Below the pieces are notes generated by a model, which saw only the letters and a program-made list of their open reading frames with translations, did not search any database and was not told the origin of the DNA. A stretch of 32,000 nt of DNA from Candidatus Iainarchaeum sp. (GTDB lineage: Archaea; Iainarchaeota; Iainarchaeia; Iainarchaeales; DTGL01). A program made the position numbers and the translations under genes. Shown piece by piece: positions 8,854 through 18,471 of this stretch. Positions within the stretch are counted from its first letter, which is position 1. Every line of letters starts with the position of its first letter. The DNA lies in assembly GCA_038736825.1 (NCBI GenBank), contig JAVYME010000001.1, forward strand, positions 72,708 through 104,707, in the 5' to 3' direction.

Positions 8854-8862
8854 GTGAAAAAA

Positions 8863-11481
8863 ATGCTGCAAAAAAAAATAGGCTCAATAGATTTCAGGGT
8901 AATGGACCCAAAAACAATAAGAAAAATGAGCGCAATAGAAATAAAAACAGCTGAAACCTATGACAAAGACGGTTATCCAATGGAAGAAGGGCTAATGGAC
9001 CCACACCTTGGCGTCATAAACCCTGGCTTGAGATGCAAAACCTGCGGGCAAAAAATGAAGCATTGCCCTGGACACTTTGGCTCCTTTGAACTCGTAAGAC
9101 CAGTATTGCACGCAAAATTCAGTAAAAAAATAGAAGAACTCTTGCAATGCACTTGCCGCAATTGCGGGCGCATCCTCTTAGAAGAAAGCGCAATAGAAGA
9201 ACTCTTGAAAAAAACAGGCGGCAAACCAGTTGATTTAACCAAAAAAATAAAAACAAAGGCAAAAAATGCCAAAAAATGCCCTCACTGCAATGCCCCCCGC
9301 GACAAAATCTCCCTTGACAAGCCAACAAATTTTTACATTGAAAAAAACAGGTTTTATCCAACAGAAATAAGGGACTGGCTGGAAAAAATTCCAGACAAGG
9401 ATTTACCCTTGTTTGGAGTGGATCCAAAACTGTTAAGGCCTGAATGGCTTGTGCTAACAGTACTGCCTGTTCCGCCAATAACAATAAGGCCGTCAATAAC
9501 CCTTGAAACAGGCGTAAAATCCGAAGACGACCTAACACACAAGCTTGTGGACATCATTCGCATTAATGGCAGGCTAAAAGACAACATTGACGCTGGAGCA
9601 CCACAACTCATTATAGAAGACTTGTGGGATTTATTACAATACCATGTAACAACCTATTTTGACAACCAGATAGCTGGAGTGCCGCCAGCAAAACACCGTT
9701 CCGGCAGGCCATTGAGAACAATAACCCAGCGGCTAAAAGGAAAAAAAGGAAGGTTCAGGCACAACCTCACAGGAAAAAGAGTGAATTATGCAGCGCGTTC
9801 AACCATAAGCCCCGATCCCTATATCTCCATAAACGAGGTTGGCATTCCTGAAGAAATAGCCCAAGAACTGACAGTACCGGAAAGGGTTACAGAATGGAAC
9901 AAAAAAAGAATAGTGGACGCCATCCTGAAAACAGACACAATTGTCACTGTAACCAGGCCTGATGGCACAAGAAAACGCATTACAGAGGAAACAAAAGCCG
10001 ACATAGCAAAAGAAATAGACTTGGGTTACAAGGTTGAAAGAAAACTAAGAGACGGCGACATAGTGCTATTCAACAGGCAACCCTCATTGCACAGGCTTTC
10101 AATGCTAGCCCACAAGGCAAGGATTTTGCCAGAAAAAACCCTTAAAATGAACCCGATAGTGTGCAAGCCATACAATGCAGACTTTGACGGAGACGAAATG
10201 AACCTGCACGTGCCACAAACAGAAGAAGGACAAGCTGAAGCCAAAGAACTCATGTTTGTCCAAAAACAAATAATAAGCCCGAGATATGGCGCTCCAATTA
10301 TAACCCTTGACGAAGACGGCATTTCAGGAGCATACGTGCTCACAATGGATCAAACCGAATTCGACAAAGAAAAAGCCTACCAGTATTTTTACGAAATCGG
10401 CTTAAAGGAATTCCCAAAACCGGACAGGGGAAACAAGTACTCGGGAAAACTCATATTCAGCCAGTTATTGCCAGAAGACCTCACAATTTCCTACAAGTCA
10501 AGAATGTGCGAAACCCTGGCGCAAAGCGATCCACACTACAAATGCCAGGGCGAAAAATGCAAGTATTGCGTTAAAATAGTGAAAGGAAAACTGTTAAGCG
10601 GCGTCATAGATGACAACTCGCTCGGCGAAGGAAAGGGAAAACTAGTGGACGTGCTCACAAGAAAATACCCGCCAGAAATAATAACCGAATTTTATGACAA
10701 AATGAGCAGAATCGTTTCAGACCTATTGACAACCCGCGGAATCACAGTAGGATTGGACGAATACGAAGTAAGCGACAACATAAAAAAAATGAAAGAAGAA
10801 GCATTAAAAGACCTCCAAAAAAGAGGCGAAGAACTTGTCAAAAAATACAATGAAAAAAAACTCCAGCTCATTCCCGGAAGAGGGTTAGACGAAAGCTTTG
10901 AAATCTACATGCTCCGCCTGACATCTGAAGTAAAATCCAAAGTGGAAAAAGCACTCTTAAGGGAAAAACTTGAAAACGTGCTAAAGGAAAAACCACAATA
11001 CAACACAAGCGTAATGATTGTCTCCGGTTCAAGGGGAAGCAGCACCAACCTAATGAACATTGGCGGCTTTTGGGGCCAGGCATCAGTCAGAGAGGGAAGA
11101 CCAAAGCGTGGATTCTATCACAGGCTGATAGTGCAAAACAAAAAAGGCGATGTTGGAATAGACGCAGGCGGCTTCATTAAAAGCAATTTCATGGACGGAA
11201 TGAATTGCACAGAATACTTTTACCACGCAATAGGCGGAAGACAAGGAGAAGTGGACACAGGCGTTAGCACAAAAGTCTCAGGATACCTTTACAGGAGGCT
11301 CGCCAATTCATTGAAAGACATAAGCGTTGCAAAAGACGGCACTGTAAGAACAAGCGGCCACAAATTAATACAATATGTTTACGGTGAAGACGGCGTATTC
11401 CCAATGAACAGCAGAAAAGGACGAACAATAGACCTTAACAGCATAATAAGCGAAATAACCGGTTCGGAAAAAAAGGTGTGA
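8863..11481 (+). CDS. rpoA1: DNA-directed RNA polymerase subunit A' (Rpo1N)
   Basis: The ORF runs 8854-11481. ATG 8863 is preceded by AGGTGA (8852-8857). It has the N-terminal Zn site [16 protein letters not shown] and the catalytic loop [12 protein letters not shown] at 10174-10209. Confidence 0.97.
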   Translation: MLQKKIGSIDFRVMDPKTIRKMSAIEIKTAETYDKDGYPMEEGLMDPHLGVINPGLRCKTCGQKMKHCPGHFGSFELVRPVLHAKFSKKIEELLQCTCRNCGRILLEESAIEELLKKTGGKPVDLTKKIKTKAKNAKKCPHCNAPRDKISLDKPTNFYIEKNRFYPTEIRDWLEKIPDKDLPLFGVDPKLLRPEWLVLTVLPVPPITIRPSITLETGVKSEDDLTHKLVDIIRINGRLKDNIDAGAPQLIIEDLWDLLQYHVTTYFDNQIAGVPPAKHRSGRPLRTITQRLKGKKGRFRHNLTGKRVNYAARSTISPDPYISINEVGIPEEIAQELTVPERVTEWNKKRIVDAILKTDTIVTVTRPDGTRKRITEETKADIAKEIDLGYKVERKLRDGDIVLFNRQPSLHRLSMLAHKARILPEKTLKMNPIVCKPYNADFDGDEMNLHVPQTEEGQAEAKELMFVQKQIISPRYGAPIITLDEDGISGAYVLTMDQTEFDKEKAYQYFYEIGLKEFPKPDRGNKYSGKLIFSQLLPEDLTISYKSRMCETLAQSDPHYKCQGEKCKYCVKIVKGKLLSGVIDDNSLGEGKGKLVDVLTRKYPPEIITEFYDKMSRIVSDLLTTRGITVGLDEYEVSDNIKKMKEEALKDLQKRGEELVKKYNEKKLQLIPGRGLDESFEIYMLRLTSEVKSKVEKALLREKLENVLKEKPQYNTSVMIVSGSRGSSTNLMNIGGFWGQASVREGRPKRGFYHRLIVQNKKGDVGIDAGGFIKSNFMDGMNCTEYFYHAIGGRQGEVDTGVSTKVSGYLYRRLANSLKDISVAKDGTVRTSGHKLIQYVYGEDGVFPMNSRKGRTIDLNSIISEITGSEKKV

Positions 11482-11483
11482 AA

Positions 11484-12662
11484 ATGTCATCAAAGGAAAA
11501 AAAAGAAGAAAAAGAACCAAAAGAAAAAAAAACACTAAAAGAAGAGCTCGAAGAGCTCAGGGGAAACCTTCCCCAAAAAACATGGGATGAAATTTTCAAA
11601 AAATCAGAAGAACTCGGCTTGAAAAGAGAACAAATAGAAAAAATAATAGCCCATGCCAGAGAAGAATACGAAAAAAACCTGGTTCAAAGCGGTGAAGCAG
11701 TGGGCATAGTGGCAGCGCAAAGCCTTGGCGAGCCAGGAACACAGCTCACTCTCAGAACAAAACACTTTGCAGGAGCACTAGAGGTTTCAGTAGGCTCAGG
11801 AATCCAGAGAGTGGAGGAAATAGTTGACGGCAGAAGCAAAACAAAATACCCGACAATGACAATCTACCTCTGTGACGAAATCAAAAAAGACAAAAACAAA
11901 GTGGAAAAATTCGCGCAATCACTTATTGATGTGCGCGGCGAAGAAATACTCAAAATCACAGAAGATTTCTCCAAAAAAACAGTGGAATTGGAACTAATAG
12001 AGGAAAAAATAAAAGAAAAAAACCTTGACGAAACAGAACTCATAAACAAACTCAAAGAACTAATAAAAAAAGGAAAGGCGGCAAAAAGAGGCACCAAACT
12101 GATAGTCACATTTCCCCGCAACTATCCATTGATAAAAATAAGAAACGAGCTCATAAAAGTGTTGAGAAAACGCATTCAAGGCGTCAACGGAATAGAAAAA
12201 ACAATAATTTCAGAAAAAGACGGTGAATTCGTAATACACACTGTTGGAACAAACCTTAAAACAATCCTGAGAAAAAAAGAAGTGGACGCAAAACGCACCA
12301 CCACAAACGACATAGCCGAAATAGCAAAAGTGCTGGGCATAGAAGCAGGCAGAACCGCAATCATTGAAGAACTCCACAAAACATTGGAAGAAAACAACAT
12401 TGCAGTGGACTTAAGACACATAATATTGCTCGCAGACGTCATAACCTTTTCAGGAGAAATCAAGGGAACAGTAAGAACAGGCGTAATGAGAGAAAAAACC
12501 TCGCCCTTTGCCAGAGCAGCATTCGAAGAAACAGTCAAACACCTTCTCAACGCAGCAATGTACGGCGAAAGAGAAGAACTGCAAGGAGTAGTGGAAAACA
12601 TAATTGTAGGCCAGCCAATAAAAATTGGCACAGGCACTGTCGAAATAGTCATGAAAGAATAA
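11484..12662 (+). CDS. rpoA2: DNA-directed RNA polymerase subunit A'' (Rpo1C)
   Basis: The ORF runs 11478-12662 and overlaps the rpoA' stop (GTGTGA). ATG 11484 follows AAGGTG. It has the trigger-loop block [28 protein letters not shown] and a Lys/Glu-rich N-terminal extension. Confidence 0.95.
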   Translation: MSSKEKKEEKEPKEKKTLKEELEELRGNLPQKTWDEIFKKSEELGLKREQIEKIIAHAREEYEKNLVQSGEAVGIVAAQSLGEPGTQLTLRTKHFAGALEVSVGSGIQRVEEIVDGRSKTKYPTMTIYLCDEIKKDKNKVEKFAQSLIDVRGEEILKITEDFSKKTVELELIEEKIKEKNLDETELINKLKELIKKGKAAKRGTKLIVTFPRNYPLIKIRNELIKVLRKRIQGVNGIEKTIISEKDGEFVIHTVGTNLKTILRKKEVDAKRTTTNDIAEIAKVLGIEAGRTAIIEELHKTLEENNIAVDLRHIILLADVITFSGEIKGTVRTGVMREKTSPFARAAFEETVKHLLNAAMYGEREELQGVVENIIVGQPIKIGTGTVEIVMKE

Positions 12663-12675
12663 AAAGGGGATTTAA

Positions 12676-12993
12676 ATGACAGAAATTGATTTAGAAAAAG
12701 AATTGAGGCGCGCAATAGACACTGGAAAAGCAGAATTCGGCTACAGGTCAAGCGAAAAAAACATGCTCTTAGGCAAAGGCAGGCTGCTCATAACAAGCAC
12801 CAACCTTAACAAAAGGCAAAGGGAAAGACTAGTGCATCTCGCAGGATTATCAGAAATACCAGTGCTGGATTCAGGAAAAAGCGCTCTAAGGCTTGGCTCA
12901 ATCTGCGGCAAACCCTTTCCAGTAACCGCAATGGTAGTCATTGAAACAGGAAAAAGCAAGATTATGAGCATAGCACAGCCAAAAAAACAGTGA
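12676..12993 (+). CDS. rpl30e: ribosomal protein eL30 (L30e)
   Basis: 105 aa. ATG 12676 is preceded by AAAGGGGA. The sequence is L7Ae/L30e-fold-like (GKAEFGYRSSEKNMLLGKGRLLITSTN ... ALRLGSICGKPFPVTAMVVIE). It occupies the canonical slot between rpoA'' and nusA. Confidence 0.88.
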   Translation: MTEIDLEKELRRAIDTGKAEFGYRSSEKNMLLGKGRLLITSTNLNKRQRERLVHLAGLSEIPVLDSGKSALRLGSICGKPFPVTAMVVIETGKSKIMSIAQPKKQ

Positions 12994-13400
12994 ACCAAAT
13001 GAAACTAGAAATGGAGGAAATTTTCTTCATTAATGCATTGGACGCAGAAACAGGAGTGATAGCAAAAGACTGCATAATCAGCCCAAAAATGGTGACATTC
13101 CTGGTAAAAAACGAGGACATGGGAAAAGCAATAGGGCCAAAAGGAATCAAAATAAAAAACCTTTCAAAAAAACTCGGCAGAAAAGTGGAATTGCTGGCAT
13201 TCTTTGAAAGCCCTGAAGAGTTTTTCCGAAAAGCATTCCCTGAAACCGAATTCGGGGAAATCAAAAAAGAACAAAACTCGCTTGTCCTGCAGATAAACTC
13301 CATGGAAAAAAAGAGAATGATGCAGGACACAGGCAAATTCAAAAGAATAAAAAAGATAGCGGAGAGGAATTATAATATAACCGGAATAAAAATGAAATGA
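12990..13400 (+). CDS. nusA: archaeal NusA homologue (two KH domains)
   Basis: 136 aa. GTG 12990 overlaps the eL30 TGA; ATG 12999 and 13011 are alternative starts. It has the KH GxxG loop [15 protein letters not shown] and sits in the canonical position upstream of uS12. Confidence 0.85.
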   Translation: MNQMKLEMEEIFFINALDAETGVIAKDCIISPKMVTFLVKNEDMGKAIGPKGIKIKNLSKKLGRKVELLAFFESPEEFFRKAFPETEFGEIKKEQNSLVLQINSMEKKRMMQDTGKFKRIKKIAERNYNITGIKMK

Positions 13401-13417
13401 AAAAAAGGTGTGTTTTA

Positions 13418-13840
13418 ATGGCAAACGGGGAATTCTCAGCCAGAAAACTGGAAAAAGACAGAAAAAAATGGAGAAAAAAGAAAACAGGATACAAGAAAAA
13501 GCACGAATCGCGCAAGCACAGCCTTTTAGAGGGCGCACCGCAAGCAAAAGGAATAGTGATTGAAAAGCGCGGAGTTGAAGCCAGACAGCCAAATTCAGGC
13601 GTAAGAAAATGCGTGAGAGTGCAACTAATAAAAAACGGCAAACAATTGACAGCGCTTGCACCAAAAGACAAAGCAATACAATTCATAGACGAACACGATG
13701 AAGTGACAATAGAAGGCATAGGCGGAAGAAAGCACGGCGCAATAGGCGACCTCTGGGGAGTGCGATTCAAAGTCATAGGCGTCAACAACCAGTGCCTAGA
13801 AATGCTTCGCACAGGAAGAAAAGAAAAGGTAAAGAGGTAA
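13418..13840 (+). CDS. rps12: ribosomal protein uS12
   Basis: The ORF runs 13397-13840. ATG 13418 is preceded by AAAGGTG. The family signature is [26 protein letters not shown]. Confidence 0.95.
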   Translation: MANGEFSARKLEKDRKKWRKKKTGYKKKHESRKHSLLEGAPQAKGIVIEKRGVEARQPNSGVRKCVRVQLIKNGKQLTALAPKDKAIQFIDEHDEVTIEGIGGRKHGAIGDLWGVRFKVIGVNNQCLEMLRTGRKEKVKR

Positions 13841-14448
13841 TGCTGATGGCAAAAGTTTTTGGCAAGTGGGAAACAGAAAACATAAAAATCAGCGATCCGG
13901 GACTGCAAAAATACATTTGCCTTGAAACAAAAACAATCCCGCACACCTTCGGCAGAGCCTCAAAAAAAAGATTTGAAAAAGCAAAAATAAGCATTGTGGA
14001 AAGACTGGTGAACAAAGTAATGCGCTCAGGGCAAGGCAAAAGAAAACTGAGCGGAAAATACATAAGAGGCCGCGGCTCAACCGGAAAAAAACTGCAAGCA
14101 ATGCAAATAGTTGAAGTGGCATTCGACAAAATAGAAAAAAGAACCAAAAAAAACCCAGTGGAAGTTCTAATAAAAGCAATAGAGTTTTCAGCGCCAAGAG
14201 AAGACACCACAAGGCTGAAAAAAGGCGGCATATCCTATTCGCAAAGCGTGGACGTAGCACCAATGAGAAGGCTTGACGAAGCACTGAAAAACCTTGCCCT
14301 GGCAGCCTTTGCAAATTCTTTCAACAACAAAACCAGCGTTGAAGACGCACTCGCAGAAGAATTGATTCTGGCAAGCCAGGAAAACCCGAAAAGCCAGGCA
14401 GTAAAGAGAAGAAACGAAATTGAAAGAATTGCAGTAAGCTCGAGGTAA
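13840..14448 (+). CDS. rps7: ribosomal protein uS7
   Basis: ATG 13840 overlaps the uS12 stop (TAATG), with a second ATG at 13846 and AAGAGGT upstream. The call rests on uS7 position and sequence (IVERLVNKVMRSG ... AVKRRNEIERIA). The ORF-track start at 13792 lies inside uS12 and is unlikely. Confidence 0.93.
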   Translation: MLMAKVFGKWETENIKISDPGLQKYICLETKTIPHTFGRASKKRFEKAKISIVERLVNKVMRSGQGKRKLSGKYIRGRGSTGKKLQAMQIVEVAFDKIEKRTKKNPVEVLIKAIEFSAPREDTTRLKKGGISYSQSVDVAPMRRLDEALKNLALAAFANSFNNKTSVEDALAEELILASQENPKSQAVKRRNEIERIAVSSR

Positions 14449-14486
14449 AAAAAAACTGTCTGGAAACAGGTTTAATGGTGGTTTCA

Positions 14487-16679
14487 ATGGGAAGAAGAGA
14501 GGAAATGGTGAAACTGGCACAAGACATGATGGAAAACAAAGACAACATAAGAAACATAGGGATTGTGGCACACATAGACCACGGCAAAACCACCATGACA
14601 GACTCACTAATTGCAGCAGCCGGCTTGATGTCAGAAGAACTCGCAGGAAAACAATGCTTGATGGACTTCTATGAACTCGAACAACAGCGCGGCATAACAA
14701 TCAATGCAGCAAACATTTCCGTAGTATACAAACACGAAGACAAGCCCTACCTAATAAACGTGATAGACACTCCAGGACACGTGGACTTCGGCGGAGACGT
14801 AATAAGAGCGATGCGCGCAGTCGACGGCGTAATAGTTTTAGTTGACGCAGTTGAAGGAGTAATGCCACAAACAGAAACCGTGATAAGGCAAGCCTTAAGG
14901 GAAAACTGCAAGCCGGTTTTATTCGTAAACAAAGTAGACAGGCTAATAAACGAATTAAAAGTAAGCGAAGACGAAATGCAAGACCGCTTGATAAAAGCAA
15001 TTTCAAAAGTGAACACGCTCATAAAAAAGAACGCGCCAAAACAGTTTGCAGAAAAATGGATTGCAAAAGTTGAAGACGGTTCAGTAACCTTTGGCTCAGG
15101 GCTGTACAAGTGGGCAATCTCAGTGCCAAAAATGAAAGAAACCGGGGTTTCCTTTAAAGAAATATACAAATACTGCAAAGAAGGCAAAATGAAAGAACTC
15201 TCAGCAAAAATACCGCTATACAGGGCATTAATGGACATGATAATCAGACACCTGCCAAGCCCAGTTGAAGCACAAAAATACAGGATTCCAGAAATATGGA
15301 AAGGCGAAATAGAAAGCGAAACCGGAAAAGCAATGCTAAACTGTTCAAGCGAAGGCCCGCTTGCAATGATGGTAACCGACGTAGTGGTTGACCCGCACGC
15401 AGGAGAAATTGCAACAGGCAGAGTATACTCTGGAAAAATCACTAGAGGAATGAAAGTATTCCTAATCAACTCCAAAAAAGAAGTCAACGTGCAAGCAGTC
15501 GGCGTTTACATGGGACCAGAAAGAGTCAACATGGAATTCATTCCAGCAGGCAATATTGCCGCAATTTCAGGCACAAAAGAGGTATATGCAGGCGAAACCA
15601 TTGCCACAGAGCAAATCCAGCCATTTGAATCCTTTAAAAGCTCTGTCGAACCAGTAATGACTGTCAGCATAGAAGCAAAAAAAACCGCAGACCTGCCAAA
15701 ACTCATAGAAGTACTAAAACAAGTCTCAAAAGAAGACCCAAACGTTGTAGCAACAATAAACCAAGAAACAGGCGAACACCTGGTAAGCGGAATGGGCGAA
15801 CTCCACTTGGAAGTCACAAGGTACAGAATTGAAGTAGACCACAACGTGCCAATAGAAGTAAGCCAGCCAATTGTCGTATACAAAGAAACAACCCTCAAAA
15901 AATCGCCATCCTATTTTGGCAAAAGCCCAAACAAACACAACCAATTCAAAATAAGCGTTGAACCAATCAAGCCAGAAATCCTTGAAAAACTAATAGAATC
16001 AAAACTTGAAGGAAAAATAAGAAAAAAAGACATTGAAAAAATGGCAAAACTGGAAGAAATAGGCTTTTCAAAAGACGATGCAAAAAACACTTGGTGGGTT
16101 CACAACAACAATGTACTAATAGACTGGACAAAAGGAGTTCAAGCAATCCAAGAAATAAAAGAACTCGTATGCCAGGGATTCGTGGACGCAATGAACGAAG
16201 GCCCCCTAGCAAAAGAAAAATGCTATGGCTTAATAGTAAGGCTGGAGGACGCAAAACTCCACGAAGACGCAATCCACCGCGGTCCAGCACAAGTATTGCC
16301 AGCAATCACTAGAACAATCTATGCATGCATGTTAAGCGCAAACGCAGTATTGCTTGAACCAAGACAGAAAATGTTCCTTTCAGTGCCACAAGACTACATG
16401 GGGGCTGTCAGCAGGGAACTACAACAACGCAGAGCCACAATCAACGAAATTCAAAGCGAAGGCGACCAAACCATAGTGATAGCAATCGCTCCAGTAAAAG
16501 AACTCATTGGCTTTAGTTCAGCCATAAGGGGCGCAACACAAGGAAGAGCAATCTGGACAGCCGAATTCTATGACTATAAAGCGCTACCGGAATCACTGCA
16601 AAAAGAAGTAATAAAACAAGTGAGAACAAGAAAAGGAATGGAACCAGAACCAAAACCAGCAGCCTTCTTCCTAGAATAA
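14487..16679 (+). CDS. fusA: translation elongation factor aEF-2
   Basis: The ORF runs 14475-16679. ATG 14487 gives the canonical N-terminus MGRREEM...IRNIGIVAHIDHGKTT, with G1 at 14568-14594. DTPGHVDF and NKVDR are present. The diphthamide-site context is HEDAIHRGPAQ, with the His codon at 16275-16277. Confidence 0.97.
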   Translation: MGRREEMVKLAQDMMENKDNIRNIGIVAHIDHGKTTMTDSLIAAAGLMSEELAGKQCLMDFYELEQQRGITINAANISVVYKHEDKPYLINVIDTPGHVDFGGDVIRAMRAVDGVIVLVDAVEGVMPQTETVIRQALRENCKPVLFVNKVDRLINELKVSEDEMQDRLIKAISKVNTLIKKNAPKQFAEKWIAKVEDGSVTFGSGLYKWAISVPKMKETGVSFKEIYKYCKEGKMKELSAKIPLYRALMDMIIRHLPSPVEAQKYRIPEIWKGEIESETGKAMLNCSSEGPLAMMVTDVVVDPHAGEIATGRVYSGKITRGMKVFLINSKKEVNVQAVGVYMGPERVNMEFIPAGNIAAISGTKEVYAGETIATEQIQPFESFKSSVEPVMTVSIEAKKTADLPKLIEVLKQVSKEDPNVVATINQETGEHLVSGMGELHLEVTRYRIEVDHNVPIEVSQPIVVYKETTLKKSPSYFGKSPNKHNQFKISVEPIKPEILEKLIESKLEGKIRKKDIEKMAKLEEIGFSKDDAKNTWWVHNNNVLIDWTKGVQAIQEIKELVCQGFVDAMNEGPLAKEKCYGLIVRLEDAKLHEDAIHRGPAQVLPAITRTIYACMLSANAVLLEPRQKMFLSVPQDYMGAVSRELQQRRATINEIQSEGDQTIVIAIAPVKELIGFSSAIRGATQGRAIWTAEFYDYKALPESLQKEVIKQVRTRKGMEPEPKPAAFFLE

Positions 16680-16736
16680 AAAAAACACAAAAAAACAGCA
16701 TTTATGCGGCTTTAAAAGCAAAAAAGCCAAAGAATA

Positions 16737-16749
16737 ATATTTAAATTTA
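16737..16749 (+). promoter_or_regulatory. TATA-box-like element for aEF-1alpha
   Basis: ATATTTAAATTTA lies in the 145-nt gap after aEF-2. A GCCCT-GTCA-AGGGC hairpin at 16771-16784 and GGAGGG at 16813-16818 follow before ATG 16825. Confidence 0.45.
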
Positions 16750-16824
16750 TTCCTTTAACTATTATTAGAAGCCCTGTCAAGGGCAAAGGAATTCTAGCAT
16801 TTTAATCGGTTAGGAGGGCATTTT

Positions 16825-18096
16825 ATGGCTGAAAAGAATCACTTGAACCTGATCTTCATTGGCCATGTTGATCACGGTAAATCAACCACTGTTGGAAGGC
16901 TCTTGTATGACTCTGGCACGCTAAGCGAGCAAGAATACAGGAAGCTGGAAGCAGAAGCAGCAGCACAGGGAAAGGCAAGCTTTGCCTTTGCCTATGCAAT
17001 GGACAGGCTGAAAGAAGAAAGAAAAAGAGGCCTGACAATAGACCTGGCATACAAAAAATTCAAGGCAAAAAAGAACGATTTCACAATAATTGACGCTCCA
17101 GGCCACAAAGACTTTGTAAAAAACATGATTACCGGAACAAGCCAAGCGGATGCCGCAGTCCTAGTGATTTCGGCAAAAGAAGGCATCCAGCCGCAAACCA
17201 AAGAGCACGCCTTCCTCGCCCAAGTAATGGGCATAAAACAACTAGTAATAGCAGTCAACAAAATGGACGAAGTGAATTATGACAAGGGTCGCTTTGAACA
17301 AATGCAAAAAGAAATCCTGAAGTTCTTGACAGGCGTTGGAATAAAAGAAGACCAGCTCAAATTTGTGCCAATTTCCGCCTTTAAAGGAGACAACGTGGTA
17401 AAAGGCAAGGGCAAGCTGGACTGGTGGAATGGCCCAACACTCCTAGACGCACTAGACGAACTAAAAGCACCACCACTGCCAACAGATAAACCGCTCAGGC
17501 TGCCAATACAGGACGTATACAACATTAAAGGCGTTGGCACAGTTCCAGTGGGAAGAGTTGAAACAGGAATAATGAAACCAGGCGACAAAATAGTGATAAT
17601 GCCAGCAAACAAGACAGGCGAAGTAAAAACAATTGAAATGCACCACGAACAATTATCGCAAGCAGTTCCAGGAGACAACATTGGCTTCAACGTGAGAGGC
17701 TTGGGAAAAGAAGACGTGCAAAGAGGCGATGTTGCAGGACACACAAACAACCCGCCAACAGTCGCCGAAGAATTCATTGCACGAATTGTGGTCCTAAACC
17801 ATCCAACCGCAATCCCAGTAAACTACACTCCAGTATTCCACTTGCACACAGCACAGCTTTCCTGCCAGATAACCGAAATCCAGAAAAAACTTGACCCGAA
17901 AACAGGAGCAGTAGTTGAAGAAAACCCCAAGTTCTTGAAAACAGGCGATGCGGCAATAGTAAAAGTAAAACCAACAAAACCAGTAGTAGTGGAAGAATAC
18001 AAAAAATTCCCACAACTAGGCAGGTTTGCAATCAGGGACATGGGGCAAACCGTTGCAGCAGGAATGGTTGAAAGCGTTACACCAAAGAAAATGTAA
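16825..18096 (+). CDS. tuf: translation elongation factor aEF-1alpha
   Basis: 423 aa with GGAGGG at 16813-18. GTPase motifs [17 protein letters not shown] and NKMD are present, and EF-1alpha/EF-Tu similarity extends over the full length. Confidence 0.98.
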   Translation: MAEKNHLNLIFIGHVDHGKSTTVGRLLYDSGTLSEQEYRKLEAEAAAQGKASFAFAYAMDRLKEERKRGLTIDLAYKKFKAKKNDFTIIDAPGHKDFVKNMITGTSQADAAVLVISAKEGIQPQTKEHAFLAQVMGIKQLVIAVNKMDEVNYDKGRFEQMQKEILKFLTGVGIKEDQLKFVPISAFKGDNVVKGKGKLDWWNGPTLLDALDELKAPPLPTDKPLRLPIQDVYNIKGVGTVPVGRVETGIMKPGDKIVIMPANKTGEVKTIEMHHEQLSQAVPGDNIGFNVRGLGKEDVQRGDVAGHTNNPPTVAEEFIARIVVLNHPTAIPVNYTPVFHLHTAQLSCQITEIQKKLDPKTGAVVEENPKFLKTGDAAIVKVKPTKPVVVEEYKKFPQLGRFAIRDMGQTVAAGMVESVTPKKM

Positions 18097-18110
18097 CGCT
18101 TCCCTTTTTT
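18074..18110 (+). terminator. hairpin plus T6 run at the end of the aEF-1alpha gene
   Basis: A perfect 7-bp stem pairs GCGTTAC (18074-18080) with GTAACGC (18093-18099) around a 12-nt loop. TTCCC and TTTTTT (18105-18110) follow. The stop codon lies in the 3' arm. Confidence 0.45.
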
Positions 18111-18122
18111 CTCTTCCAAATG

Positions 18123-18131
18123 ATTTAAAAG
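18123..18131 (+). promoter_or_regulatory. TATA-like box about 23 nt upstream of the uS10 ATG
   Basis: ATTTAAAAG lies between the tuf terminator-like hairpin and ATG 18150. GGTGA at 18142-18146 is also present, so both read-through and re-initiation are possible. Confidence 0.3.
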
Positions 18132-18149
18132 CAATGGCAGTGGTGAAAA

Positions 18150-18458
18150 ATGCAAAAAGCACGCATCAAACTAGCAAGCCCAGACTACAAGCAATTAAAC
18201 GAAGTAAGCGCAAAAATCGTTGAAGTCGCAAAACGCACTGGAATAAAGTTTTCAGGACCAGTTCCACTGCCAACAAGAAAACTGGTTGTCCCCACAAGAA
18301 AAAGCCCTGCTGGCGGGGGAACAGAAACCTACGAGCGATGGCAAATGCGCATCCACAAGCGCATAATAGACATAGAATCCGATGAAAGAACACTGCGCAA
18401 AGTAATGCACATAGAAATACCGGAAAAAGTGCACATAGAAATAGAACTAATAGAATAA
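18150..18458 (+). CDS. rps10: ribosomal protein uS10
   Basis: 102 aa with GGTGA at 18142-18146. The uS10 loop is PTRKLVVPTRKSPAGGGTETYERWQMRIHKR. Confidence 0.95.
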   Translation: MQKARIKLASPDYKQLNEVSAKIVEVAKRTGIKFSGPVPLPTRKLVVPTRKSPAGGGTETYERWQMRIHKRIIDIESDERTLRKVMHIEIPEKVHIEIELIE

Positions 18459-18471
18459 AGCTGTTTTTTAT

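Noticed and set aside
10498-10572. Cys cluster in RpoA' ([28 protein letters not shown]), considered as an unusual Zn-binding insertion.
   Set aside because: From memory, several euryarchaeal A' subunits carry Cys residues in this variable segment. Without an alignment I cannot show it is atypical.
14747-15487. 246-aa minus-strand ORF inside aEF-2. Similar long antisense ORFs occur at 7860-8333, 12176-12751, 13339-13944, 14188-14700, 15506-15898 and 17277-17777.
   Set aside because: All lie antisense to unmistakable, highly conserved genes. Their products are Ser/Phe/Leu/Ile-rich low-information sequences. The purine-rich sense strand is poor in the reverse complements of stop codons, which explains the open antisense frames.
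8854-16679. Possible inteins or large insertions in RpoA', RpoA'', RpoB'/B'' or aEF-2.
   Set aside because: Product lengths (875, 394, about 605, 494 and 730 aa) are in the normal archaeal range. Conserved blocks are contiguous, and I saw no Cys/Ser...HN splice-junction pattern.
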